Source: a virus (lineage: Duplodnaviria > Caudoviricetes). Taken from it: DNA of 64,000 nt. The stretch lies in the IMG/VR virus record IMGVR_UViG_3300032030_002018; one strand, 5' to 3'. The notes beneath the pieces were generated by a model that made no database searches, was not told where the DNA came from, and saw nothing but the letters and a program-made list of their open reading frames with translations. The translations under genes were made by a program, and so were the position numbers. Positions 48,092-59,074 of this stretch are shown here, piece after piece (position 1 is the stretch's first letter; every line of letters begins with the position of its first letter).

Positions 48092-48337
48092 ATGAAACCG
48101 AAATTCAAGAGTGGGGATTATATAAAAAATATATATGGCAGGGCGATGGCAGTTGTGTCAAATATAGATAAAAAGGGATATTATCATTTCAAACATTTTT
48201 ACGGTGTAATGTTTGAAGATTTCAAAGATACAAACACTTTCACATTACAGGTAAATTATGATAAGTTCTATGAATTGATGGATGAAAATGAAATAAATGA
48301 ATTTAATAAAATAATACAAAAAAAAGCGGTCTTATAG
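48092..48337 (+). CDS. Hypothetical protein
   Basis: 81-aa ORF MKPKFKSGDYI...; ends in a terminator hairpin (about 48321-48353). Confidence 0.7.
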   Translation: MKPKFKSGDYIKNIYGRAMAVVSNIDKKGYYHFKHFYGVMFEDFKDTNTFTLQVNYDKFYELMDENEINEFNKIIQKKAVL

Positions 48338-48360
48338 TCTAAAACCGCTTTTCTTTTTTC

Positions 48361-48591
48361 TCAATACATTTGACCAAATTGTTCTGGGTCAGCATAATAT
48401 TCTTCCTTTCCCCAATCCGGGTCAATTAAACTGTCTCTCATTGCCTCATCCTCTTCATCGTAATAATCAGAGAATTGTGACATCAAATCGTCGTATTCGT
48501 CGTCATTAAGACCATCGCCGTAAATAGCATCGTCTATTGCATTATCAACTTCCTCTTTGATAATTCTGTTTATTCTAAAATTATTCATCAT
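48361..48591 (-). CDS. Small acidic protein with tag-like leader
   Basis: Starts MNNFRINRIIKEEV. Confidence 0.65.
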   Translation of the reverse strand: MMNNFRINRIIKEEVDNAIDDAIYGDGLNDDEYDDLMSQFSDYYDEEDEAMRDSLIDPDWGKEEYYADPEQFGQMY

Positions 48592-51500
48592 ACTCTTTCA
48601 AAATCTGGCAATTTTATATAACGATATATTTTCCCATTAGCGTCCTTATAATCAACCCTGTCACCGTACAGATTGACTTCTTGACAACCTTTTGGTAAAA
48701 GAACATCTCCATACTTTGTAATTACATTGTATCCTTGTTGGTCTTTCATAACAGCTAGACCATAGTCATTAAATTTACTTTCCAAATCAAACCATACAGG
48801 ATATAGGAGTCTTCCTTTTTCTGTTATTAAATTATATAATCCGTCTTTTCTACGTATAATTTCAGGTTCACTAAAATACTCTGAATAGCCATAGTTTAAG
48901 AAAAGAAACCAATCTTTTGATGCCAGTAGACCTTCCGTATTAATCATATTAGACGAAAATGCGCCTGAATCTGAGTGTACAATAGCCCACCCATAGCAAT
49001 TAAACGCGGTATGCGCTGTAAGCCATTTATTCAAAAGTAATTTTCCATTACGAACCAATAAATACTCACTAGCATTCTTATTATTTTTAACTTCATATTC
49101 TCCGTCTCCGAAGATATAACGTTCCGTGAATGGAACAATATAATCTCCATTTCGATTCATAATGCTAAATCCACGGTTTTGAACGTTTACGACTGCTAAT
49201 CCATAATTATCTATATTCAAAATACTTCTAATCCAGTCATTATTAATTTCATTGAAATTTCTGTCTAAAACCTTCATTAGTCCGTTTTTATACCTTACGA
49301 AGCACCAACCATTTTCATATATAACCTTATGAACACCATAATTGTCTTCAATCATATAATTCCCATTTGTGTCTATGATATTAGACACACCGTTAATTGT
49401 AACCTTGGCGTATCCTTGATAAAATGGATGGGCAATATCAAATGGTTCGCTATTTAATATTCTACCATTTTCGTCAACATAATACCATTTTTTGTCCATT
49501 GCTTGAAAATTGCAGAATCCATCAGAAAACTTGCCAACTTTTATACAAAAATGCTTCAACAAAATATCTCCGTTACTATTCACTATATTTTTCAAATTTT
49601 GATTTACCCGTATTAAACAACAACCATTACCTATTTCTTGTACGTAGTTAATTTTTGAATTCATAGCCATATTGAAATCGTTGTCCAACCACAATATATC
49701 GCCTTCGAAATACTTCCCATATTCATCGTCATCACTATCATAATCATCATTGTATCCACTATAATAATTATAGGTGTATTTGAAAATATACATTTTAGAA
49801 CCGTCTTCGAATGAATACATTTCGTCCATATTGTCGTTAACAATTTTCATTCTTTCTTTAACGTCAGAAGCATTGTATATGTTATCTACCAAATCATATA
49901 TGTTGAGAATATCTGATTTGTTAAATACACTGTCAAAACTCTCACCCATAATCTTACTAATATCAGATTCTTTCAAGGCATAATCAACAGAAGCATTACT
50001 TGGATAATCGACCTGATGATTCCATCTAACGTTGCAAGTTGTCATAATACCTTTTTCATTGACGAAAAACCATACAACACTTAATCCGTAATCATCATAA
50101 GGATTATTGTCATCTATGTAATCCTCTCCATTTAGTTTATCCCAGTCATCTCTTATTAAAACATAAGATTTATTCTTTCCATTTTTATTTATATAATCGT
50201 TATACCAAGTATCCTCATATTGAGTATAACATAACGCTCCGCTTCCATTAAGTCCTGTCTTATCACCAATCTTCCATATGTACGGATTGTGGTAACTATC
50301 GCCTAAACTTATCAGTTGATAACGACTACTGTCTATATCTATATTAGTTAATTGCCCTGACGTGTCACTACAACGTTCTTTTGCAATATTACCAATAATA
50401 CTATATAATTCATTGAAAGATTTACCACTTAAATCATAATTTCCATCTATGAAATTGATGCTGAGTTTATCTTTACCATCACCAATTCCTTGAACATTAT
50501 CATATATTACACCCAACATTGACTTCAATAAACGGAGTCGCGTACTGTTTTCGTAAGACTTACCATCATCCAATAACATAGCCAAATTCAATTCTCCGTA
50601 AGCAATACGAGCTATGGCTGGCTCCAACCTTATTACAGATGAATCATCGATTTTGTTTGATAGCGTTAAGAAAAAATGTTCGTATATATACCTCTCGTAA
50701 AAATCCAACCAAGTAAGGTCTCCTTGTGTTCTGTGTAGTAATCTGCGAGCATCTCCTTGAACATACTCGCCCTCCAAATCCTCATCAGGGAATAAATTCT
50801 TAATCACAATCCTTGTATCCCTCTTTGCCGCGTGAGACTTGCTACTTTCCGTCAAAAAAAAACGTCCACTAAGTTTGTTGTTAAGTTCTAATATCCTATT
50901 TATGTCAGAATTGTATTTCGATTTTGATTCTGAAACATCACTGTATATGTTACCATCAGTGTCTATCTTATACCTTACTCCGTCTAGAATGCCAGTAGCA
51001 TAGTCATCTCTAAACCAATAAAGAATGTCAAACCATCTATCACACAGTATATTACCGTTCTTATTTAAAAAGTTATACTTACCGTCTTGTTTAACAATTG
51101 AAAAATCGTATTCTTCGTCATAAAAAGGGCTTGCATAATCATACCACTGATTAGACAAAAGAGTATTATTATCCGTAACAAAATTATACTTATCGTGCAG
51201 TTTTACTCTTGTCAACCCATCTAAAGCGTCATTAGCACTATCGAATATATGTTCCAATCCATACCCTTGCTGCAACATCATTTCAGCATCATTGAATGTA
51301 ACATACCCTCTTGAATGAAGTTCATCTTCACTATAAGGCTTGAATACACTGCTAAACGGCATTCCAACAGTTTGTGCCAACATAGTTTTCGTGAAAGCGT
51401 GGTCAGTACCTCCAACATATTCACCAGTGTTTCCGTGATTCCATCTACAATTACTCGTTGCTATACTACCATCTGGGGCAATGAAAACAAATATCATACT

Positions 51501-52211
51501 AGTGCCATAAGCGTCATAAGGATTACCCTCAGTTACTACTTCAGGTATATTCTCCCAACCGTGACGCAAACATAAGTAACACTTATTTTGGTCTTCATTT
51601 CCTTTATATCCATCCCAAACTCCTTCATCCTGTGTATAACACAATTTGCTTGAACTACAAGAGAAATCACCATAATATTGGGCAGTATTAAAGTCTTCAA
51701 CAACTATTATATCATAATCACTGTTGCCAACCTCAACATTATCAGCCGATTCAGCATCGGCGTCATCTTCAGCCTTGAATTCATTCCTTAATCTATCATA
51801 CAATTCAGTGTAAGTTGTATCGGGGTTTGATTTAATCTGTTGGAACAAAGCATCATCTTTCTTCATTCTCTGAACTATCCTTCTCAATATACCAACCTCA
51901 GTTCCATTGTCGTTCCTGCGGTCAAAACCAACCTCATTAGAATACGCCAACCTAGCGACGGGTAACAAATACTTCACATCACTGTTACCCATCAACCCAA
52001 ATGTATGCCTCAAATTGAAAAGTATGTATTCCTTCCAGGTTGTATTTGGATTTCCGTTGACATAATAATCAGAACTGCTTACAACACTATTCAAAGGCAA
52101 ATCAGAAAACTTCTCATCAATCAGTCTGTTCACTGCATTGATTCTACTGTCACCTTCTGTCAGTAGTATCTGTTCGTTGATAACTTGCCGTATGATTCTT
52201 CTTATGTTCAT
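48588..52211 (-). CDS. Large tagged protein: two LCYTQ...RWNH domains, each followed by WG-like repeats
   Basis: Leader MNIRRIIRQVINEQILLTE; duplicated domain; paralogue of the 52368 gene. Confidence 0.8.
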   Translation of the reverse strand: MNIRRIIRQVINEQILLTEGDSRINAVNRLIDEKFSDLPLNSVVSSSDYYVNGNPNTTWKEYILFNLRHTFGLMGNSDVKYLLPVARLAYSNEVGFDRRNDNGTEVGILRRIVQRMKKDDALFQQIKSNPDTTYTELYDRLRNEFKAEDDADAESADNVEVGNSDYDIIVVEDFNTAQYYGDFSCSSSKLCYTQDEGVWDGYKGNEDQNKCYLCLRHGWENIPEVVTEGNPYDAYGTSMIFVFIAPDGSIATSNCRWNHGNTGEYVGGTDHAFTKTMLAQTVGMPFSSVFKPYSEDELHSRGYVTFNDAEMMLQQGYGLEHIFDSANDALDGLTRVKLHDKYNFVTDNNTLLSNQWYDYASPFYDEEYDFSIVKQDGKYNFLNKNGNILCDRWFDILYWFRDDYATGILDGVRYKIDTDGNIYSDVSESKSKYNSDINRILELNNKLSGRFFLTESSKSHAAKRDTRIVIKNLFPDEDLEGEYVQGDARRLLHRTQGDLTWLDFYERYIYEHFFLTLSNKIDDSSVIRLEPAIARIAYGELNLAMLLDDGKSYENSTRLRLLKSMLGVIYDNVQGIGDGKDKLSINFIDGNYDLSGKSFNELYSIIGNIAKERCSDTSGQLTNIDIDSSRYQLISLGDSYHNPYIWKIGDKTGLNGSGALCYTQYEDTWYNDYINKNGKNKSYVLIRDDWDKLNGEDYIDDNNPYDDYGLSVVWFFVNEKGIMTTCNVRWNHQVDYPSNASVDYALKESDISKIMGESFDSVFNKSDILNIYDLVDNIYNASDVKERMKIVNDNMDEMYSFEDGSKMYIFKYTYNYYSGYNDDYDSDDDEYGKYFEGDILWLDNDFNMAMNSKINYVQEIGNGCCLIRVNQNLKNIVNSNGDILLKHFCIKVGKFSDGFCNFQAMDKKWYYVDENGRILNSEPFDIAHPFYQGYAKVTINGVSNIIDTNGNYMIEDNYGVHKVIYENGWCFVRYKNGLMKVLDRNFNEINNDWIRSILNIDNYGLAVVNVQNRGFSIMNRNGDYIVPFTERYIFGDGEYEVKNNKNASEYLLVRNGKLLLNKWLTAHTAFNCYGWAIVHSDSGAFSSNMINTEGLLASKDWFLFLNYGYSEYFSEPEIIRRKDGLYNLITEKGRLLYPVWFDLESKFNDYGLAVMKDQQGYNVITKYGDVLLPKGCQEVNLYGDRVDYKDANGKIYRYIKLPDFERV

Positions 52212-52367
52212 TTTTTCGTTAAGATGTATTTACCAAATAAATATCGTTAAAAACAAAAAAAGTGTCTAGAAAAAAAATTGGATACTTTTAATATAATATA
52301 AAGGAACTACCTTCTTCTATGTAATGGTATTGAATCTGCTTGTTTAATATATTGTCAACATCTTTTT

Positions 52368-53927
52368 TTAAAGAGGGCGATTATGTAATTCATTACCATT
52401 TTTATCAATGTAAAAATATTTCATTCTTCCATTCTTATCTTTTAAACCAACTATAGCATAACCATTTTCAAAATTACGCACAGCATCATACCAACGATTA
52501 CATAATTCATTACCATTTTCATCAATTAAATTATATTTATAATTTCTATCTTCACCCCTTAAAGCAACTCTAGCATAACCATCATAAAAATCAGCAATCC
52601 AATCATACCAACGATTACATAATTCATTACCATTTTCATCTATGAAATTACATTTATAATTTCCATTCTCATCTTTTAAAGCAACGATAGCATAACCATT
52701 ACTAAAATTAAACGAACCATCGTACCAACGATGGCATAATTCATTACCACTCCTATCTACGAAATTCCATTTTGTATTCCCACTCTCATCAATTAAACAA
52801 ACCCTAGCATAACCATTTTCAAAATCATAAAACGCATCATACCAACGATGACATAACAAACGATTCTCTTTAAAACTAAATAAATTAGATTTACCATTCA
52901 AATAAACGCGAGACAAACCATTTTTCCCCTTTTCAATATAATCAAATATATTACCAGGAGAATAACCACGCTCCAATAAACCATCAACAGCATCAAATCT
53001 AATATAACCCATCAACAATAGCTCATTTTCACTATACGGCTTGAACACACTATTAAACGGTACGCCAACAGTTCTTGCTAACAAAGACTTAGTGAACGCG
53101 TTGTCAACACCACCAATATATTTACCAGTGTTTTTGTGATTCCAACGGCAATTACTGGTAGAGATATTTCCCTCAGGATTAATGAACACAAATATCATAC
53201 TAGTACCATATTCATCATATGGATTACCTTCAGTGGCTACCTCAGGGATATCCTCCCAACCACGACGCAAACATAAGTAACATCTATTCTCGCCTTTCTC
53301 ACCTTTATAATCCCCCCAAGTACGGTCACTTTGCGTATAGCATAGTTTGCTACTACTACAAGAATAGTTACCATAATAATGTGCCGTCTCATAATCTCTA
53401 ACTTCGATGATGTCATAGTCAGAATTGGAAGGGTCAACGCTATTGGCTTGTTCATCATCAGCATCATCCTCCTTCTTGAATTCATCTTTGAACATAACAT
53501 ACAAGTCACTGTATGTTATGTTTTTGTCTGCTTTCACTTTTTGGAAGAGATTATCATCTTGTTTTAGTTTTTGCAGTATTCGTCTGAGTCTTTCAATTTC
53601 CACACCGTTATCGTTGCTTCTGTCGAATCTCACTTCGTTTGAGTATGCGAGTCTTGCAGCTAATGGAAGGTATTTCATCGATTGATTATCCATCAATCCG
53701 AATGTATGCCTTAGGTTGAAAAGTAGATATTCTTTCCAAGTTGTATTTGGATTTCCGTTTACGTAGTGTTCTGGACTGGATACAGTATCATCCAATGGTA
53801 AGTCTTTAAACTTATCTTCGATGATTCTGTATACAGCATTGATTCTACTGTCGCCTTCTGTCAGTAGTATCTGTTCGTTGATAACTTGTCTAATAATCCT
53901 ATCTATATATGTTTGCTCAAAACGCAT
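52368..53927 (-). CDS. Tagged protein: LCYTQ...RWNH domain plus 39-aa WG-like repeats
   Basis: Start at MRFEQ; 117-nt repeats of FxNGYAxVxL...NFIDENGNELCNRWYD. Confidence 0.8.
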   Translation of the reverse strand: MRFEQTYIDRIIRQVINEQILLTEGDSRINAVYRIIEDKFKDLPLDDTVSSPEHYVNGNPNTTWKEYLLFNLRHTFGLMDNQSMKYLPLAARLAYSNEVRFDRSNDNGVEIERLRRILQKLKQDDNLFQKVKADKNITYSDLYVMFKDEFKKEDDADDEQANSVDPSNSDYDIIEVRDYETAHYYGNYSCSSSKLCYTQSDRTWGDYKGEKGENRCYLCLRRGWEDIPEVATEGNPYDEYGTSMIFVFINPEGNISTSNCRWNHKNTGKYIGGVDNAFTKSLLARTVGVPFNSVFKPYSENELLLMGYIRFDAVDGLLERGYSPGNIFDYIEKGKNGLSRVYLNGKSNLFSFKENRLLCHRWYDAFYDFENGYARVCLIDESGNTKWNFVDRSGNELCHRWYDGSFNFSNGYAIVALKDENGNYKCNFIDENGNELCNRWYDWIADFYDGYARVALRGEDRNYKYNLIDENGNELCNRWYDAVRNFENGYAIVGLKDKNGRMKYFYIDKNGNELHNRPL

Positions 53928-54020
53928 AATATTAATAAAACATTTTTTATAAATATTAAAAATAGGCAAAAACGCATAAAAAAATGAAGTGAAAAATCAA
54001 TTTCCACTTCATTATACAAT

Positions 54021-56021
54021 TCACAGTTTTATGTCATCAAGACCTTTTATCATTTCATTTATCTCCTCATTTATGATGAAAGCCTTATCAATAATACCAA
54101 CCCTTTCATTCACAGGCTCATTATTTTTTGAAACCTTTTTCAAATATTTGTCCAACATCTCATTTATCAACGGCTTATTGAACCTGTATGACTCCATTGG
54201 TGAACCACCAGCGCCTTCAGGTCCACCTGGCGACTCCATTCCAGGTTCACCCATTTCACCTGTTGGTTCTTCTCCCTCAGCACCAGGAATGTCTCCCATA
54301 TCACCCATACCAGGCGCACCGAGGTCATCAAGTCCGCCTCCGAAGTCTCCTCCACCCATTGGACCACCTCCCATTGGTCCGCCAGGTCCGCCTTCTTCAC
54401 CTTGACCACCGCCTTGACCGTCCTGATATTCAGCACCGGGTTCTCCATATATCCTGTCAACAGTATCGAAGATACCTGTCCTGTTTATAATCTGAGTGGT
54501 CTTCTCCAATTCAGCAGACAATGCCTTTTCAAGCCTAATCTCTTCAAGATTATCCTTAATCTCTTTCTCTGACCATTTCATTATCTCCTTCAACGCCCTT
54601 GTCTGAGACATTATAGGAATACCATTACCTGGGTCTGAAACAGCGTCACGGGCTGTGGAAACTTTCTTCTGTATATTCTCAATCTCAATCTGTTCTGCAA
54701 GAGTTGAAGGATTATTCATTGTCAATGTGAAATTAGTCAGGTCATCAGTGAAACCAAGAATGTATAAGTGTATCGTGGCAATCTTTGTCAGTTCCATCAA
54801 AAATGCCTGTTGTATGCGATTAACAGTCCTTGTAAACCTTATATCCAACAATGACAAATTCTTACCTTCACCTGCTGATTCCTCAAAATTCAAAAATGGT
54901 TTTGGTATTCTCAAAGCAGTCAATACCTTGTTCTGAACATACTTTATATCATCCATAGCCGTCAAATTCTGAGCAGCAGACAACGTGTCAATAGGTGTAG
55001 GAGCATTCGGGTCACGAACAGGAATAAAGATATCATCAGATACTGACAATATATTTTTCCTTAAATCAACCTGTCCTGTCATAGGGTCAATAATCGGTGT
55101 CCTCTTGAAATTGTTTGCGATGTTCTCAACATAAGCCTGCACATCAGCGTCATCTATTGCGCCAACATATATCTTATATACCCTTCTTTCAATAGACCTT
55201 TCAAGCCTGTAAATCAACATCATATCTTCCATCAATGACAGCATTCTCCAGTGACGTCTGGCAGAGTTTAAAGCAGATACTCCATACGGCAAATACATTG
55301 AATTATTAAGAAGCCTGAAGTGTGCTACTTGCCAGTCTCTGAAAGGAACTTGTGAGTTGCTTTCGTCAAGCCATACGAATTTTGTTGTAAGGTCTTCTTG
55401 TCCTACATTATTGACAGCAAGTGACAAACCGCTTCCGTATGGATTTGTTATACCGTTTTCAAGTCTTTCAACATTGAATACCGGTAATTGTTTCCATCCT
55501 TTAACACCAAGTTTATTGTCAATGTCAAGAAGCATAAACTGATTACCATACTTGCACATCGCCCTGATGACCATTTGCGCCATTATCTGCATATTAAGCC
55601 TGTTGACGAAAAGGTCTTCAAGTATGCTTTTTATTCTGTTTGAATCGGAAGCCACATTTACAACCATACCGTTAGAACCAGCAAGAACACTCTCCTCTGA
55701 CAGTATATCCAATGCAGCACCTATCTCAGGGAATGAGTCCATAAGGTCCGCGTCCCTATACATAAGCTTAAGGTTATTAAGACCAGAGAACGCACTTACT
55801 GATAGGTCAACATTTGCCTTTATCCACCTTTCCTTAAGATATTCATTCTGTTGTAGTTCAAGTTTTGTCCTTTCGTAATCTTCCTTGTTTTTCGTCTTGT
55901 ATATCACGTTGGAAGCATTTGACATATCATATGAATTGATATGCGACCTTCCGTCATCAGCGTTCCAATTTCCGCTTAATGCTTTATCAAGACTTTGGAA
56001 AATAGTATATTTCTTAGCCAT
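54021..56021 (-). CDS. Portal protein (T4 gp20-like)
   Basis: LMEDMMLIYRLERSIERRVYKIYVG, DDIFIPVR, DIKY...ALRIPK, DIRFTRTVNRIQ. Confidence 0.93.
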   Translation of the reverse strand: MAKKYTIFQSLDKALSGNWNADDGRSHINSYDMSNASNVIYKTKNKEDYERTKLELQQNEYLKERWIKANVDLSVSAFSGLNNLKLMYRDADLMDSFPEIGAALDILSEESVLAGSNGMVVNVASDSNRIKSILEDLFVNRLNMQIMAQMVIRAMCKYGNQFMLLDIDNKLGVKGWKQLPVFNVERLENGITNPYGSGLSLAVNNVGQEDLTTKFVWLDESNSQVPFRDWQVAHFRLLNNSMYLPYGVSALNSARRHWRMLSLMEDMMLIYRLERSIERRVYKIYVGAIDDADVQAYVENIANNFKRTPIIDPMTGQVDLRKNILSVSDDIFIPVRDPNAPTPIDTLSAAQNLTAMDDIKYVQNKVLTALRIPKPFLNFEESAGEGKNLSLLDIRFTRTVNRIQQAFLMELTKIATIHLYILGFTDDLTNFTLTMNNPSTLAEQIEIENIQKKVSTARDAVSDPGNGIPIMSQTRALKEIMKWSEKEIKDNLEEIRLEKALSAELEKTTQIINRTGIFDTVDRIYGEPGAEYQDGQGGGQGEEGGPGGPMGGGPMGGGDFGGGLDDLGAPGMGDMGDIPGAEGEEPTGEMGEPGMESPGGPEGAGGSPMESYRFNKPLINEMLDKYLKKVSKNNEPVNERVGIIDKAFIINEEINEMIKGLDDIKL

Positions 56022-56038
56022 TATTAGATGATAGTTTT

Positions 56039-57916
56039 TTATCTTGTATGTCCAAAAAGCCACAAATAGTTTCCTTGGACAGCTTTATTTCCGTATTTGT
56101 TCAACACACTTTCAGTATAAAAAGGAAGACCGTTTGACGGTAATATTCCTGTACTGTTCTTCCTCGTTGACACACTCATCGCCCCAGCCATCAAATATGA
56201 ATTTAGAATTGCCTTGTCTTTCTCTTTGGCTGCAAGTATCTTGTTTACAGAGAACTGCATAACAAACATAGCCATCGCCAATGCGCAAATCAAATCATCC
56301 CAAGCACCGGCTTGATGGTCAATCTTTCCTGTATTTTCCTTGAATATCCAAGTATTCAATTCATTTATAACTCTTGACGAGCGTATTTTAATTTCATTGT
56401 TTCTAACCATATTGGCAAAATTGCTCAATACTGGATATCTATTTCCTTGGAAGTGAAATCCTGGTAAAGAATCTGTCAAATCGCCACTATACTGCTTCGA
56501 AGGGTGCATAAGCATATACGTTTTCTGTACAGCGTCCTCATAGTAGAAATTCTTATATCCAAGACTTATCATTGTCAATATGGCTGCGTCAGCCTGTCCT
56601 CCAGTTGCATCGAATATCACATAAGCCTCATTGTACATTTTTGCATAATTGTACACTATAGCACCAACATCGTCTCCAAGTTTTTTACCATTATATTCAC
56701 AAACCTGTTCAATAATTGGTTTGCCATCTTCGTCAACACCATCAATATCAATTACTTCTATGGCAGTCTTATCGTGAGCAGTTCCACGCGCTGGGTCACA
56801 TCCGATTAGATACCTATGTCCGTCAATTGGCGGCTTCCAAAACCAGGTTTCTTTAACCATTGGGTCAATCAATGTTTCAAGAGGTTCTCTGACATTTAGT
56901 TTTTCCTGCATTTCTATGAACTGTGGTGCGACAACGTTATCAGCAGAACCTTGGAAACTTACATCAAGTTCCTGTGCGATTTTCATTGAGTCGTTGTTGA
57001 AAGACAGACACATTTCCTCATACCATCCTGATGTCGGTATCCATCCATTCCTTTCAAGGCTCTTCCATCTTTCCTCATTGTATTCTACTGATTGGTCTTC
57101 CTCGTTTACAATTTTGTCAGCATCCCAAATCTTATCACCCTTTTCATCAAACTTATACCACCTTAATCCTTTGTTATATCTTGGGTCTTGATACCATCTG
57201 AACTGTACCGCGATAAAGTTATTCTCGTGTGCAACAGCTTGTCTATATGTCTCATAGTAAAGTTCGTCGTGACCATTAGGAGTACTTACCATTATAATCT
57301 TCGCATTTGGATTTGAAGATGTTGTCGCAACGGCTGATGCATATACTGACTTACCGTTCTCAATGAACGCTGCCTCGTCGAATATAAGTATTGATGCTGC
57401 TGATATACCTCTGGCTGCATTTGCGCCTGATGAACGCGCAACTATTCTGCATCCGTTAAACAATTCAAGTTCATTCTTACTGTTCTTTACAAATATATCC
57501 TTTTTGTTCTTCGGGTCTTTTGGGTTTTCAGAGAAATATTCTTCACCCCAATACCATCTTGGAACTTGTAAGAGGAAATCCCTTATCTTGTCCACAAGCT
57601 GCTGTGATATGTCAAGTTTGTTTCCAATACAAAGAATCGTCTCTGGCGAGTCAGGAGACGCAAATACACATTGTCCGCATATCCATCCTGATGATAAAGT
57701 GGTAATACCACACTGTCTTGGCTTGATGCTCACCACATTCTTATTTTCAGACAGTGTTTGAAGAAAAATCTTCTGCCTTGGGAACAATTTAAACTGTACC
57801 TTTTTTCCTGATGTAGCATCAAGTGTGCTTAAGTATTTCTCTATGAAATATATCCTTGATTTATCCTTATATCCAATGGCATATTCTTTTGCCATTTCAT
57901 TATAATCATATATCAT
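56039..57916 (-). CDS. terL: Terminase large subunit (T4 gp17-like)
   Basis: KPRQCGITT, IFDEAAF, STPNG; nuclease motifs GCDPARG and WDDL. Confidence 0.95.
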   Translation of the reverse strand: MIYDYNEMAKEYAIGYKDKSRIYFIEKYLSTLDATSGKKVQFKLFPRQKIFLQTLSENKNVVSIKPRQCGITTLSSGWICGQCVFASPDSPETILCIGNKLDISQQLVDKIRDFLLQVPRWYWGEEYFSENPKDPKNKKDIFVKNSKNELELFNGCRIVARSSGANAARGISAASILIFDEAAFIENGKSVYASAVATTSSNPNAKIIMVSTPNGHDELYYETYRQAVAHENNFIAVQFRWYQDPRYNKGLRWYKFDEKGDKIWDADKIVNEEDQSVEYNEERWKSLERNGWIPTSGWYEEMCLSFNNDSMKIAQELDVSFQGSADNVVAPQFIEMQEKLNVREPLETLIDPMVKETWFWKPPIDGHRYLIGCDPARGTAHDKTAIEVIDIDGVDEDGKPIIEQVCEYNGKKLGDDVGAIVYNYAKMYNEAYVIFDATGGQADAAILTMISLGYKNFYYEDAVQKTYMLMHPSKQYSGDLTDSLPGFHFQGNRYPVLSNFANMVRNNEIKIRSSRVINELNTWIFKENTGKIDHQAGAWDDLICALAMAMFVMQFSVNKILAAKEKDKAILNSYLMAGAMSVSTRKNSTGILPSNGLPFYTESVLNKYGNKAVQGNYLWLFGHTR

Positions 57917-59070
57917 CAGACTTTTCTTTTAAAATTTAACGAATTATCGTCATTAATCAAGGAAAGATTCACGTTTTTCTGTTTCATTCTATCCTTGAAC
58001 ATTTGATATTCGTTATTATCCTCGACCTTTTGTATTTCCTTATATATAAATGCTTTTCCCCTTTTTGTCCCAGCAAGCATATTTTGCATTGCATTATTGA
58101 ATTCGTCATATTCCATTGAACACATATCAGAGAAAAGATATGGCAAAACGTTTGTTTTTATCGTATCAACATTTGACATAATCTTTTTCCACATTGGTAT
58201 TCCAATCCTTATATCCCAAGGTTCAGCCATAACAAAATCAGCCTTTTTTATTACATACATTGCGCTTTTATTATCCTTTGGCAATCCGTGTGAAGAGAAT
58301 AATTCAAAGAATCCTCTTAATGTTTCCTGTATGAGATATGGAAACAATATGGCTGACGACTTTATTGTAGTTTTCTGTTCCCCGTGCCCAAGCCTAACTT
58401 CAACAAAACCATTTTGAGGTGCGAAATCATTTGTCATTTTAACCTTTGAGTTGAATAAAAGAAAATCTTCCAATACTGATATCTCACGATATATCTCAAT
58501 CAGTTCCGAACAATCACCAATATTATTTGATAACTCTAATTCTATTGCGTGCCAATATCTTGACAAATCTATTGAAGCACCCATAATAAGGGCATTTATA
58601 ACCCTTCTTTTCTTTACTTCCTTATTTAATGACTTAATCTCATCTATATCGTTGAAATCAAAACCTCCTGATGATATGATATTTTCAGGAGTTATTCTCA
58701 TCATCATATCTTTGTTGATTTTGTCAACTATATGGCATTCCAACAAAACAGTATCAGGTGGAACACCAAGCATTTTGTTGCATATATTGAAGCATATTGT
58801 TTCAAGTCTTTCTGATATAGGGGCTTCAAACTCCTTTGCTCTTAATATCAACTCACTTAATCTATTAAGAGCAAATTCGTTGTTTACTGATGAAGTATAA
58901 TCATATTCGTCCATATGGTCAATCACAGACTTATATCTGTTTTTGATTATTGTATATAAATATCCAAACTCATCATCTGGTGGAAAAGCATCGCAATCAC
59001 CAAGTGATGTGTTATTGTCTTTTATGGCTTGATATATGAATTTAGGTAATATGTACTTCTTGTCTTTCAT
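57916..59070 (-). CDS. Hypothetical protein of the head module
   Basis: 384-aa ORF translationally coupled to terL. Confidence 0.75.
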   Translation of the reverse strand: MKDKKYILPKFIYQAIKDNNTSLGDCDAFPPDDEFGYLYTIIKNRYKSVIDHMDEYDYTSSVNNEFALNRLSELILRAKEFEAPISERLETICFNICNKMLGVPPDTVLLECHIVDKINKDMMMRITPENIISSGGFDFNDIDEIKSLNKEVKKRRVINALIMGASIDLSRYWHAIELELSNNIGDCSELIEIYREISVLEDFLLFNSKVKMTNDFAPQNGFVEVRLGHGEQKTTIKSSAILFPYLIQETLRGFFELFSSHGLPKDNKSAMYVIKKADFVMAEPWDIRIGIPMWKKIMSNVDTIKTNVLPYLFSDMCSMEYDEFNNAMQNMLAGTKRGKAFIYKEIQKVEDNNEYQMFKDRMKQKNVNLSLINDDNSLNFKRKV

Positions 59071-59074
59071 TTAT

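Noticed and set aside
54190-54440. GC-rich patch at the portal 3' end as a foreign insertion
   Set aside because: It is explained by the Gly/Pro/Met-rich low-complexity tail of the portal protein.
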